Shown: piece by piece, positions 48,370-56,492 of the stretch | Layout of the letters: the number at the start of each line of letters is the position of its first letter | Numbering within the stretch: position 1 is the first letter of the stretch | Source of the DNA: an uncultured Bacilli bacterium | Lineage (GTDB): Bacteria > Bacillota_I > Bacilli_A > RF39 > UBA660 | Assembly: GCA_934141535.1 (NCBI GenBank) | Contig: CAKPCH010000004.1 | Location: 56,755 to 120,754, forward strand | Direction: 5' to 3' | DNA length: 64,000 bases | Translations under genes and position numbers: made by a program | Notes under the pieces: generated by a model | What the model was told of the DNA's origin: nothing | The model's input: the letters and a program-made list of their open reading frames with translations, nothing else | The model's database searches: none

Positions 48370-48819
48370 CTATTTTAAATCAGAATTTAATAATCTTTGA
48401 TTTAATTCCCAAAGTGCAGTTTTATTACTATCAAATTCTAATTTCCTACATGCTTCATCAAATGGAAGCCATTCATAACAATTGTGTTCACTAGATAATT
48501 TAATACTACTATTTTTTGTAAATACTCCAAATGAATATTCTGTAACAACGTACACGTCATTTCCCCAAGTGAATTTTCCTGTTATATTAATAACAGGTAT
48601 TGAGCAAACAGATGATAGTTGAAAAATATTATTTGCCTCTATATTTGTTTCTTCAAAAACTTCTCTTTTTACTGTTTCAATCAAGGTTTCTTCATCTTCC
48701 ACTCCACCTGATATAGCCTGCCATATTTGCTTTTTTTTTCTATAAAATACACAATATTCATATTCGTCTTTCTTGTTTTTTCTATATAAGAATATTAATA
48801 CTTGTTTTGGCTTTCTCAT
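48370..48819 (-). CDS. Nudix hydrolase, NudB-like, copy 1
   Basis: IWQAISGGVEDEETLIETVKREVFEETNI Nudix box (compare E. coli NudB FWQSVTGSVEEGET ... REVKEE). 2-nt gap to the upstream radical SAM gene. Confidence 0.7.
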   Translation of the reverse strand: MRKPKQVLIFLYRKNKKDEYEYCVFYRKKKQIWQAISGGVEDEETLIETVKREVFEETNIEANNIFQLSSVCSIPVINITGKFTWGNDVYVVTEYSFGVFTKNSSIKLSSEHNCYEWLPFDEACRKLEFDSNKTALWELNQRLLNSDLK

Positions 48820-48820
48820 G

Positions 48821-50017
48821 TTATTTTTTCTCCTTTATTTCATTTATGCTTTTTATTAATGATTCTATCCCACCTTCATTATATATTTCATAGGCAATTT
48901 CTAATAATCTGTTTGCTCTATTTTTAAATGGATCACATACTGATGGACAAATGTCTGGAATTTTATCATCAATTTTATTTTCTAAAATTTTCCCCCAAAT
49001 TTCACTAAAACTTTGTTTAATCGTCGAACCATAATTATATCCGTTTTTCTTTGGATGATAATTACATAAATAAACTTTGCCATCGGATGAAATGTTACCT
49101 ATTAGATAATGGACAAAACACTTATTAAATTTTCTGATTTTGTCATCATCACTCATAACATTATGAATTTCAACTACTGAAAAGAATTCATCACATAATT
49201 CTTTTTTTACTTGTTTAATTTGTTCACTTGCAATATTTTTTTCTTCATCGTTCATGACAAGTAAAGATGCAATATCTGTTTTGAATCGCAAATAGTGAAC
49301 ACCTATTCTTTTCAGTTTTTTAGCTAGCCCATAAATCTGGTCATAATTATATTGGTTAATAACATAACCTACGTTAATATCTATATTGCTATTATTTTTT
49401 TTCTTTGATTCATATAAATCCTCTATATTTTTTAATATAGTTTCAAAGCTATTAGTGTTGCTACCATTACATTTTAATTTATTATATGTTTCATGATTTC
49501 CAGCATCTATACTTATTAATATATATCCCAGTTTTAATAATGTCTCATGCATTTTTTTATCAATAAGAATACCATTTGTAAATAAGCCAACACGAATATT
49601 ATGTTTTGACAATTCTTCTATAGCATACAAAACAGAATCTTTTGCAATTAAAGGTTCTCCTGTTATTCCTGAAAAAGTAACATTTTCAACTCTGTATTCC
49701 TTATTACAATTATTTTTGTAATCATAACCCATTTTTTTGTAAGTTATAATATCATTTACTATCTTAATCATGTTTTTTTTCTTAACCAAGGCATTATCTA
49801 GTAATGTCTCTTTATTTTCTTTAGAGGAAACATATCCACCTATACACCATTTACAGTTTAAATTACAGATACTAGATGTGTGAATTAATATTTCATACGG
49901 TGGTAAAATTTCACCATTAAAAATATTTAAAATGCGAGAAAAATGTCTATCCAACATTTCCATCTCATTAAATCTGCCAGGTAAATCATCTCTATAAACT
50001 TCTCTTAATTTATTCAT
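48821..50017 (-). CDS. Radical SAM enzyme (about 400 aa) of unknown specificity
   Basis: CNLNCKWC (Cx3Cx2C) about 45 residues into the protein, SGITGEPL (SAM/glycine-rich motif), LFTNG, and C-terminal Cys CNYHP ... CPSVCDP. Start placed at MNKLREV after a ggagtg RBS; the ORF track starts 21 nt upstream. Confidence 0.75.
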   Translation of the reverse strand: MNKLREVYRDDLPGRFNEMEMLDRHFSRILNIFNGEILPPYEILIHTSSICNLNCKWCIGGYVSSKENKETLLDNALVKKKNMIKIVNDIITYKKMGYDYKNNCNKEYRVENVTFSGITGEPLIAKDSVLYAIEELSKHNIRVGLFTNGILIDKKMHETLLKLGYILISIDAGNHETYNKLKCNGSNTNSFETILKNIEDLYESKKKNNSNIDINVGYVINQYNYDQIYGLAKKLKRIGVHYLRFKTDIASLLVMNDEEKNIASEQIKQVKKELCDEFFSVVEIHNVMSDDDKIRKFNKCFVHYLIGNISSDGKVYLCNYHPKKNGYNYGSTIKQSFSEIWGKILENKIDDKIPDICPSVCDPFKNRANRLLEIAYEIYNEGGIESLIKSINEIKEKK

Positions 50018-50191
50018 TATTAACACTCCATAAATCACTTATATGTATATATTACCATTTTTCAAAAAAAAGTCAATTGTTGTAAGGCAATCGTGTAAAA
50101 AATAATAAATAAATCTACTTAACAATTAACTATCATAGTATTATTTTAAAAATAAGTCATTCTATTCTCAAAAAATCTAACGCATTTTTTA

Positions 50192-50422
50192 TTAATAAAC
50201 AATATTTACTAATATTACATCTTCACCTATTTTTTCTATTTGTTCCCATTTAACTACCATTTCTTTTTTATTTGTAAAATAAGAAAGTAAAAATCTATGT
50301 TTTTCTACTATTAATCCTGTTGTTTTACCATTATCATCTATACTCATATCTATTATATTGCCTATATTTTTCCCATCTAATAAGTTTATTACTGTTTTAT
50401 TTTGTAAATCAGACATGCGCAT
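50192..50422 (-). CDS. YlmC/YmxH-family PRC-barrel sporulation protein
   Basis: MRMSDLQNKTVINLLDGKNIGNIIDMSIDDNGK matches the YlmC/YmxH family; 76 aa. Confidence 0.7.
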   Translation of the reverse strand: MRMSDLQNKTVINLLDGKNIGNIIDMSIDDNGKTTGLIVEKHRFLLSYFTNKKEMVVKWEQIEKIGEDVILVNIVY

Positions 50423-50467
50423 ATTAAATCACCAGTATATTATATGAAAAAAATAGGCATATGTAGC

Positions 50468-51340
50468 CTATTTAATTAATTTTTTTGTTTTTAATACATC
50501 TATTACTTTTATATTATCTTCTCTATTTAAAGTTATTGCTCCATTTATTAAAGATATGTTAAAGTTATTTCCGGTAATTATTTCTCCATCTATATTGCAG
50601 CACAATTTATTATTTGAAGATATATGTATATTATTATCTTTATATACTTGAAATTCTTTTCTACCTACATGACGAACTTTAACTAATTTACTTAATAGAT
50701 ATAATAATCTAATTTTACTAACACTATCTACTTCACATATATCAAACATACCATCATTTAAATTATAGTTAGGATATATGTTAAATCCTCCACCATAATA
50801 TCCACCATTACAAATAGTTAAAATAGTTACTTTTTTATTAACTCCATTAATATTTAAATTTATTGGTTTAAATGTTAAAAAACTACTTAATAGTGCTTTT
50901 GTATATATTTTACTATTATCTAGATTTGTACTTTTTAATTCTTCTGCTTTAGCAGCTGTTATAGCATCTATTCCAAAAGAAGCTATATTAATAAAATATC
51001 TATCGTTAACTTTACCTAAATCTATTTTATTATTGTCAATGTTTTTTAAACTCTTATAGAAATCATTACCACTTCCTACAGGTATAACATCTAGTTTAGC
51101 ACTCCCACCTACTAATCCAGTAACTACTTCATTTAAAGTACCATCTCCACCTACACTATATATAATTGTATTTGGCATGTTTTTATATCTTGAAGTTAAG
51201 GTAATTGCTTCTTTTTCTTTACTTGTATATATAACTTTATAATTAATTTTTTTCTCTTTACAATAAGATTCAATAATTTTACCTGCTTCAAGTCCTTTAG
51301 AATCCCCTGATGTAGGATTTACTATAAATATATAATTCAT
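50468..51340 (-). CDS. dagK: Diacylglycerol/lipid kinase (DagK/YegS family, DAGK_cat)
   Basis: MNYIFIVNPTSGDSKG N-terminus and GGDGTLNEV; 290 aa. Confidence 0.75.
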   Translation of the reverse strand: MNYIFIVNPTSGDSKGLEAGKIIESYCKEKKINYKVIYTSKEKEAITLTSRYKNMPNTIIYSVGGDGTLNEVVTGLVGGSAKLDVIPVGSGNDFYKSLKNIDNNKIDLGKVNDRYFINIASFGIDAITAAKAEELKSTNLDNSKIYTKALLSSFLTFKPINLNINGVNKKVTILTICNGGYYGGGFNIYPNYNLNDGMFDICEVDSVSKIRLLYLLSKLVKVRHVGRKEFQVYKDNNIHISSNNKLCCNIDGEIITGNNFNISLINGAITLNREDNIKVIDVLKTKKLIK

Positions 51341-51378
51341 GAAATCACCAAGAAATATTATATCATAAATTTAATAAA

Positions 51379-52155
51379 CTAACTAATTTTATTTTTAATA
51401 TTTTTTAAAGCACTCTTCTCTAATCTTGAAATTTGTGCTTGAGATATACCTATTTCACTTGCTAATTCCATTTGTGTTTTACCTGTTATATAACGTTCTT
51501 TAATTATATATTTTTCTTTTGTATTTAATGTTCTTATTGCTTCTTTGAGTGCTACACTATCATCTATATTTTTCATTTCATTTTTCTTATCTTCTAATTG
51601 ATCTTCTAAATATATAGTATCTCCACCATCATTATATAATGGTTCAAATAAACTTACTGTATCTTTCATACTATCTAGTGCATTACTAACTTCATATTCT
51701 GTTAAATTAAGAGCTTTAGATATTTCACCTATACTTGGTTCTTTATTATATTTATTAGTTAATTCTTCTTTTTTTAATAAAGCATGGTATGCTATATCTT
51801 TAATAGAACGTGCTACACGTATACTATTATTATCTCTTAAATATCTTTTAACCTCTCCTAATATCATAGGTACTGCATATGTACTAAATTTAACATCAAA
51901 TTTAAGATCAAAATTATCTATAGCTTTAATTAGCCCTATACAACCTACTTGAAATAAATCATCCATATTATCTATTCTATTATTATATTTTTTTAATAAA
52001 CTTAATACTAATTTAAGATTACCATTTACTAAATCTTCTTTAGCAAACATATCTCCTTCTTTATATCTTTTAAATAATTCTACCATCTCACTATTATCTA
52101 AAACTTTTAAATTCGCAGTATTCACGCCACATATTTCTACTTTATGACGTGCCAT
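51379..52155 (-). CDS. sigG: RNA polymerase sporulation sigma factor SigG
   Basis: Near-identity to the B. subtilis SigG N-terminus (KVEICGV.T..L.VL...EM..LF ... DLFQVGCIGLIKAIDNFDL ... VKFSTYAVPMI.GE..RYLRDN); region 4 HTH at the C-terminus. Confidence 0.85.
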   Translation of the reverse strand: MARHKVEICGVNTANLKVLDNSEMVELFKRYKEGDMFAKEDLVNGNLKLVLSLLKKYNNRIDNMDDLFQVGCIGLIKAIDNFDLKFDVKFSTYAVPMILGEVKRYLRDNNSIRVARSIKDIAYHALLKKEELTNKYNKEPSIGEISKALNLTEYEVSNALDSMKDTVSLFEPLYNDGGDTIYLEDQLEDKKNEMKNIDDSVALKEAIRTLNTKEKYIIKERYITGKTQMELASEIGISQAQISRLEKSALKNIKNKIS

Positions 52156-52361
52156 AATATCTCCTTTCTAAGATATATTGGACATTTTATAAATTTCTAA
52201 ACACTTTTTATAAATTAATTACGAATATTTAAAGTTTATAGTATAATTAATAAGGATATATTTGATTTTGGTGGATCAAACGCAATCCCTTAAGGGTATG
52301 CATCTGAAATCAACAGTTGTTGAAATCAGATGCTTTTGTTATTTTAGGAGTAAAATAAAAC

Positions 52362-52394
52362 AAACAAAAAAAGATTGAGTTTTTCAATCTTTTT
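52362..52394 (-). terminator. Rho-independent terminator of fhs
   Basis: aaagattga-aaaac-tcaatcttt hairpin followed by a T-run on the minus strand. Confidence 0.55.
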
Positions 52395-54038
52395 TTAAAA
52401 TAAACCTTTTATTTTTCCTTTAGAATCTATATCCATATTTAGATAAGCACTATTTTTACCTAAACCTGGCATTGTCATAATATTACCCATTAATACAATA
52501 ATAAATCCAGCACCACTACTTATTTTAACATCAGTAACAGTCATATCAAAATCAACAGGTGCGCCTAATTTCTTAGCATCATCAGTAAATGAATATTGCG
52601 TTTTAGCTATACAAATAGGTAAATTACCCATTCCCATGCTTTCAAATTTTTTAATTTTTTCCATAACGCCTTCACTTATTACTACATTGTTTGCTCTATA
52701 TATTTCATGTGCGATAGTATTAATCTTATTTACTATTGTATCGTTAAAATCATAAAGAGGTTTAAAATCAATATCTCTATTACATATTTCTACTATTTTT
52801 TGTGCTAAAGCAATAGCGCCCTCTCCACCATCTTTAAATGATGTTGAAATTTCTATTGGATAGCCCATATCCTTAACAAAACTTTTTACATATTCAATTT
52901 CACTAACTTTATCATAATCAAATTTATTTAAACATACTATTATATTTTTTGTATATTTACTCATGTTTTCAATATGTCTTTGTAGGTTAACAATACCTCT
53001 TTTTAATGCCTCTAAGTTTTCTATATTTATATTTGTTTTATCTACTCCACCATTATATTTTAAACTTCTTACTGTAGCATTTATAACTACACAATTTGGT
53101 TTTATATCTGCTACTTGACATTTTATATCTAAAAATTTTTCTGCTCCTAAATCAGCACCAAATCCAGCTTCTGTAACTACATAATCAGCAAGTTTTAAGC
53201 CTAATTTAGTTGCTATAATAGAATTACAACCATGAGCTATATTAGCAAAAGGTCCTCCATGTATTATTGCTGGATTATTTTCTAGTGTTTGAACTAAATT
53301 AGGTTTTATTGCATCTTTAAGCAATAAACTAACAGCACCCACACAATTTAAATCTTTAGCATATATAGGTTCATCATTCATATTATACCCTATTAAAATA
53401 TTACCTATTCTAAGTTTTAAATCATCTATGTCTTTTGCCATACAAAGTATAGCCATTATTTCACTAGCAACCGTTATATTGTAATGATCTTCTCTAATTA
53501 ATCCTTTATTATCATATTTAATATCTACATTACGTAAAGCTCTATCATTTAAATCTACACATCTATTAAATACAACTTTTTTTATTCCTAATTCATTTCC
53601 TTGATATATATGATTATCTATAATAGCACATAATAAATTATTAGCAGACTCTATTGCATGAATATCACCAGTAAAATGTAAATTAATATCTTCCATAGGT
53701 ACTACTTGAGAATATCCTCCACCAGCAGCACCCCCTTTTATACCAAAAACAGGTCCTAAAGAAGGTTCCCTTAATACAACTAAACTATTTTTATTTAATT
53801 TTCTTAAAGCATCATTTATACCTATACTCATAGTTGTTTTTCCTTCACCAAATGGTGTTGGATTTATACTTGTTACTAAAATTAATTTACCATGATTATT
53901 AGTATTTATATTTAAGGAATTAATTTTTGCTTTATATTTTCCATATAATTCTAAATCTTCTTCACCTATATTTAATTTACGCGCGATATCTTCTATTCTT
54001 TCCATTCTACAATTATTACTTATTTCTATATCTGTCAT
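52395..54038 (-). CDS. fhs: Formate--tetrahydrofolate ligase
   Basis: 547 aa; MTDIEI N-terminus and the TPFGEGKTT P-loop typical of FTHFS. Confidence 0.9.
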   Translation of the reverse strand: MTDIEISNNCRMERIEDIARKLNIGEEDLELYGKYKAKINSLNINTNNHGKLILVTSINPTPFGEGKTTMSIGINDALRKLNKNSLVVLREPSLGPVFGIKGGAAGGGYSQVVPMEDINLHFTGDIHAIESANNLLCAIIDNHIYQGNELGIKKVVFNRCVDLNDRALRNVDIKYDNKGLIREDHYNITVASEIMAILCMAKDIDDLKLRIGNILIGYNMNDEPIYAKDLNCVGAVSLLLKDAIKPNLVQTLENNPAIIHGGPFANIAHGCNSIIATKLGLKLADYVVTEAGFGADLGAEKFLDIKCQVADIKPNCVVINATVRSLKYNGGVDKTNINIENLEALKRGIVNLQRHIENMSKYTKNIIVCLNKFDYDKVSEIEYVKSFVKDMGYPIEISTSFKDGGEGAIALAQKIVEICNRDIDFKPLYDFNDTIVNKINTIAHEIYRANNVVISEGVMEKIKKFESMGMGNLPICIAKTQYSFTDDAKKLGAPVDFDMTVTDVKISSGAGFIIVLMGNIMTMPGLGKNSAYLNMDIDSKGKIKGLF

Positions 54039-54061
54039 GTTTTCACCTCTATTTAATTATA

Positions 54062-54100
54062 TCATTTTAAAGAAAAAATAACAAAACAAATTGTTATTTT
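54062..54100 (-). terminator. Putative terminator after ftsZ
   Basis: On the minus strand: aataacaa-tttgtt-ttgttatt hairpin plus T-run. Confidence 0.4.
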
Positions 54101-54101
54101 T

Positions 54102-55172
54102 TTAAAAACCACTTCTTCTTCTTAAGAATGAAGGAATTATATCATCTGGATCTTCTGAAATATCAGTATAAGAAGGACTATCAGATTGTTTATCTAATTT
54201 TATAGTTTTATCTTCATTTTTCTTTTCATCTTCAAATCCAGTAGCTATTACTGTAACAATAATCTCATCATTTAAATTTTCATTAATAACAGCACCAAAT
54301 ATTGTATTCATATCTGTTTTAGCACTATTTCTAATTACTTCAGCAGCTTCTTCTACTTCAAATAAAGTTAAGTTATTTCCACCTGTTACATTTATAATAG
54401 CATCTGTAGCACCATCTATACTAGTTTCAAGTAATGGACTTGATATTGCTTGTTCAGCAGCTTCAGTAGCTCTATTTTCTCCAACTCCAATACCAATACC
54501 AATAAGTGCTTTACCACGTTTTTCCATAACTGTTCTAACATCTGCAAAGTCCAAATTTATTAAACCTGCTACAGCTATTAAATCTGATATTGATTGAACA
54601 CCACGTCTAAGTACATTATCTACTTCTTTAAATGATTCTAAAAGTGGTGTAGATTTATCTATTATTTCTCTTAATTTATCATTAGGTATTACTATTAATG
54701 TATCAACATTTTTCTTTAACTCTTCAAGACCAGCAACTGCTTGATCCATTCTTTTCTTACCTTCAAATGAAAATGGTTTAGTAACTATACCAACTGTTAA
54801 AGCACCAAGTTCTTGTGCGATATTTGCGATTACTGGAGCAGCTCCTGTTCCAGTTCCTCCACCCATTCCACAAGTAACAAATACCATATCAGCACCTGAT
54901 AATGCTTCTTCTAATTCTTTCTTACTTTCAAGTGCTGCCTCTCTACCAATTTCAGGTTTAGCACCAGCACCTCTTCCTCCAGTAAGATTTTCTCCTATTT
55001 GTATTTTTGTTGGAGCTTTAGAACAATTTAATACTTGCAAATCAGTATTAGCAACTATAAACTCAACACCTTTTACTCCTGATTCAATCATTCTATTAAC
55101 AGCGTTATTACCACCGCCACCAACACCTATTACTTTTATTTTAGCTACTTGATCCATTTCTAATCCAAACAT
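54102..55172 (-). CDS. ftsZ: Cell division GTPase FtsZ
   Basis: [28 protein letters not shown] tubulin signature; RBS agaggagg. Confidence 0.95.
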   Translation of the reverse strand: MFGLEMDQVAKIKVIGVGGGGNNAVNRMIESGVKGVEFIVANTDLQVLNCSKAPTKIQIGENLTGGRGAGAKPEIGREAALESKKELEEALSGADMVFVTCGMGGGTGTGAAPVIANIAQELGALTVGIVTKPFSFEGKKRMDQAVAGLEELKKNVDTLIVIPNDKLREIIDKSTPLLESFKEVDNVLRRGVQSISDLIAVAGLINLDFADVRTVMEKRGKALIGIGIGVGENRATEAAEQAISSPLLETSIDGATDAIINVTGGNNLTLFEVEEAAEVIRNSAKTDMNTIFGAVINENLNDEIIVTVIATGFEDEKKNEDKTIKLDKQSDSPSYTDISEDPDDIIPSFLRRRSGF

Positions 55173-55183
55173 ATTATCCTCCT

Positions 55184-56431
55184 CTATTCGCTAAAGAAAA
55201 ATCCAAAAATTTTTCCTAGCATTGAATCTGATGTATTTAATTTTTTAGATGTAACAGAAGTAATTTGGTACATCTCGTTATCACTTATCATACTATAATC
55301 TTTATTTTTTAATTTTAACTTACTTATAAAATAAACTATATTCCCAATACACGCAGAATATCTATTATCTCTAATACCAAGCATTTTTATGTTACCTATA
55401 TTGGCATTTTCACCAAATACATCTTTGACATTATACTCAATACCAGACATATTGCTTGTACCCCCTGTAATTATAATATAATCTATTTTTCTACTTGTCA
55501 ATAGGTTAATCTCTTTTTTAGCCTCATTTAGTATTTCATTTATTCTTTCCATAACTACTTCTGATATTTCAAACTGATTTATCTTTAGATGAGGATCATT
55601 AACACTTTTAACCTCAACTATATCATTAACACTCGCATATTTCTTATGAGAGAGTGCAAATTTATGTTTCAACATATGGGCTGTTGGAATATCTAGTTTA
55701 TACACATAAGATATGTCATTATCTATATTTTTACCACCCATATATATTAAACTACTCTTAACTAAAACACTCTTATTATAAAGAGATACTTCAGTAATAT
55801 CTTCTCCTATATTTACAATAGCACCCACTTTATCAGCAAAGTTTTTATTATTAAATGAATATAAATCACCTATACTATTTAATGATATATCAACTACTTC
55901 AATTCCAATATTTTCTAATAATCCTATAACAGAATATACATTTTTCTTAGGAGTTGTAACAAGAACTGCTCTACATCCCAATGTAGTACAAGCAGTACCA
56001 ATAGGATTTTTAATAAAAGCTTTATCATCTGTGCTATAGTCTATTGGTAGTATAGTAACCATTTCTCTTAACATAGAAGGATTACTCTTAACAGCAATCT
56101 CTAATACTTTAATAATATCTTCATTTCTTACAATATTATCTGGGTTATTTATTTTTAAACTCCCCTTTATAACTTGATATTCTGCATTAAATGAAGGTAC
56201 TGATGTAACAACTTTTTTTATTTGTATCCCAAGCATATCTTCTACTTCTTTTATTGCACCCTTAATAGATTCAGTTGCAAGTTCAACATCTGTTATAAGT
56301 CCTTTTTTTATCCCTTTAGATTTAAAAGAAGAAGCTGCAAGTAAATTTAACTTGTTTTGATACAATTCACATACCACTATTTTTATAGAACTAGAACCAA
56401 TATCAAGACTAGTATAAATGTGCTTCATCAT
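55184..56431 (-). CDS. ftsA: Cell division protein FtsA
   Basis: Actin-fold N-terminus [16 protein letters not shown] and position immediately upstream of ftsZ. Confidence 0.9.
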   Translation of the reverse strand: MMKHIYTSLDIGSSSIKIVVCELYQNKLNLLAASSFKSKGIKKGLITDVELATESIKGAIKEVEDMLGIQIKKVVTSVPSFNAEYQVIKGSLKINNPDNIVRNEDIIKVLEIAVKSNPSMLREMVTILPIDYSTDDKAFIKNPIGTACTTLGCRAVLVTTPKKNVYSVIGLLENIGIEVVDISLNSIGDLYSFNNKNFADKVGAIVNIGEDITEVSLYNKSVLVKSSLIYMGGKNIDNDISYVYKLDIPTAHMLKHKFALSHKKYASVNDIVEVKSVNDPHLKINQFEISEVVMERINEILNEAKKEINLLTSRKIDYIIITGGTSNMSGIEYNVKDVFGENANIGNIKMLGIRDNRYSACIGNIVYFISKLKLKNKDYSMISDNEMYQITSVTSKKLNTSDSMLGKIFGFFFSE

Positions 56432-56492
56432 ATCATCTCCTACAATCTATATAATATTATACTATAAAAAGAAAAAAAAGTAAAAACTTTTT

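Noticed and set aside
48360-48373. Apparent 1-nt discrepancy between my manual indexing and the ORF-track coordinates at the kinase-start / Nudix-stop junction, which would imply a frameshift
   Set aside because: The ORF track translations are continuous and in frame through both genes. The discrepancy is most likely my own counting error in a homopolymer-rich stretch. I treated it as a counting error rather than evidence of a pseudogene.
48821-50038. Radical SAM plus nucleotide kinases as a prokaryotic viperin (pVip) antiviral module
   Set aside because: The Cys triad context (CNLNCKWC, preceded by a 45-aa extension) and the C-terminus do not resemble viperin (CNYKCGFC and the conserved C-terminal tail). 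A co-operonic DegT enzyme, NDP-sugar dehydrogenase and PHP phosphatase argue for biosynthesis rather than defence.
52156-52394. ZTP (pfl) riboswitch associated with fhs
   Set aside because: The structured element is downstream, not upstream, of fhs. The fhs 5' region (54039-54101) is only 63 nt, and no pfl consensus is present.
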